A program made the translations under genes and the position numbers. A DNA stretch of 62,816 nt, counting the filler, from Octopus bimaculoides (Eukaryota): assembly GCF_001194135.2 (NCBI RefSeq). It is 6 parts of 6 records of this genome, joined end to end, with 100 filler letters (N's around TTAATTAATTAA, not from the genome) between each part and the next. Parts side by side here need not be neighbours in the genome. Positions count along the whole stretch, not along the records: positions 59,780 to 62,816 come from NC_068989.1; 5 more parts are not named here. One strand, given 5' to 3'. Shown one piece after another: positions 61,791 to 62,816 of this stretch. The notes beneath the pieces are model-generated. The model made no database searches. It was not told where the DNA came from and was given only the letters and a program-made list of their open reading frames with translations. Each line of letters begins with the position of its first letter. Position 1 is the first letter of the stretch.

Positions 61791-62239
61791 TATAAACACA
61801 CACACACATACACCAGTTGAAATTTGAATGCTATATCACAGTTGAATTATACTGCAACTGATGTGCACACATACCTGACATACTGCGCTCTCTTTGTGTT
61901 GTCACATGTTTCAGTCACACCTTCAACAGCGGACGAAGACCCCGATTGCATAAAACCTTTTCTATTTGATCTTTTATGTCAATACCTATATCTGAAAGTA
62001 ACGTACCGGATATTGACACACTAAATGTTTTTTCTTTTTTTTTTTTTTATCTGACCTCATTCAAAGAGGTCTCCAAATATTTGTATTTGCTTATAATGTT
62101 TTGCAAGTCCTTTTTTTATGTTGCTGCAGTTATTTTCGTTTTCAGTTTTTTTATGATAGAAGCGACGTGTTTACTACATTTTGTCCTCGTGTGTTGCAAT
62201 CTGAAACTAGTTTACTCTTTCGACAAGGGTTGGTCCACA

Positions 62240-62244
62240 ACTAA

Positions 62245-62279
<35 letters not shown>

Positions 62280-62395
62280 ATCTACTACTACTTTTACTAC
62301 TACTACAACTACTACTACTACAGCTACCGCTGCTGCTGCTACAATAACTGTTGCTACTACCACTACTAGTGTTAATGGTAATAATAATAATAATC
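62240..62395. repeat. (CTA)n/(CTG)n/(AAT)n compound microsatellite
   Basis: Directly visible. Confidence 0.9.
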
Positions 62396-62602
62396 CTTTC
62401 TACTAAATGCCTAAAAATTGTGGGGAGAGGACTATTCAATTACATCGAGACCAGTACTCGACTGGTACTTAATTTATCGACCCCCGAAAAGATGACAGGC
62501 AAAGTCGACCTCGGCGGAACTTGAACTCAGAACGTAGCGACAGACGAAATACCGCTAAGCATTTCGCCCGGCGTGCTAACGACTCTGCCAGCTCGCCGCC
62601 TT
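62395..62602 (-). mobile_element. Near-consensus family A SINE with (AAT)n on both sides
   Basis: cctttctact...ggcaaagtcgacctcggcggaacttgaactcagaacg...cgcccggcgtgctaacgactctgccagctcgccgcc. Confidence 0.9.
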
Positions 62603-62816
62603 AATAATAACAATAATAATCATTTCAAATTTTCATTACTGCAGTACCACTGGATATCCTTGTTGCTTATTTTGATTTTAATCACCTTACTTTGAAATTG
62701 TATGGATAATACCGTACTAAATTCTAGTGCCTAAACTTCAGTACCGTATTCACCTGAAACAAAATTTTTGCTGAACTCATCTACCATACCCTAAATATAT
62801 ATATATATATATATAT

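Overview
Non-coding, repeat-saturated, AT-rich animal genomic DNA with many assembly gaps. The SINE families and microsatellite load point to an octopus genome, probably Octopus; this is an inference from recalled repeat families. No intact host protein-coding gene, tRNA gene or CRISPR array can be supported, and nearly all listed ORFs are microsatellite or N-gap artefacts. The window holds dozens of tRNA-derived SINEs in three or more modular families and decayed non-LTR retrotransposons: several R4/Dong-like RLE elements, RTE elements and an L1/Tx1-like element. It also holds DNA-transposon relics (MULE, Tc1/mariner, several MITE-like inverted repeats) and a 5' 18S rRNA fragment. The best finding is an apparently intact minimal type I hammerhead ribozyme on the minus strand at 17768-17848, with a palindromic helix III and a degenerate sibling at about 33252-33335. 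Other notable items are a decayed PHD-finger-like module inside an RTE reverse transcriptase, a covarying 3' stem-loop and (TAA)n association in the R4/Dong-like elements, and an internally inverted LINE. Five 44N-TTAATTAATTAA-44N blocks are assembly join markers, not biology. Boundaries are approximate unless exact motifs are quoted.
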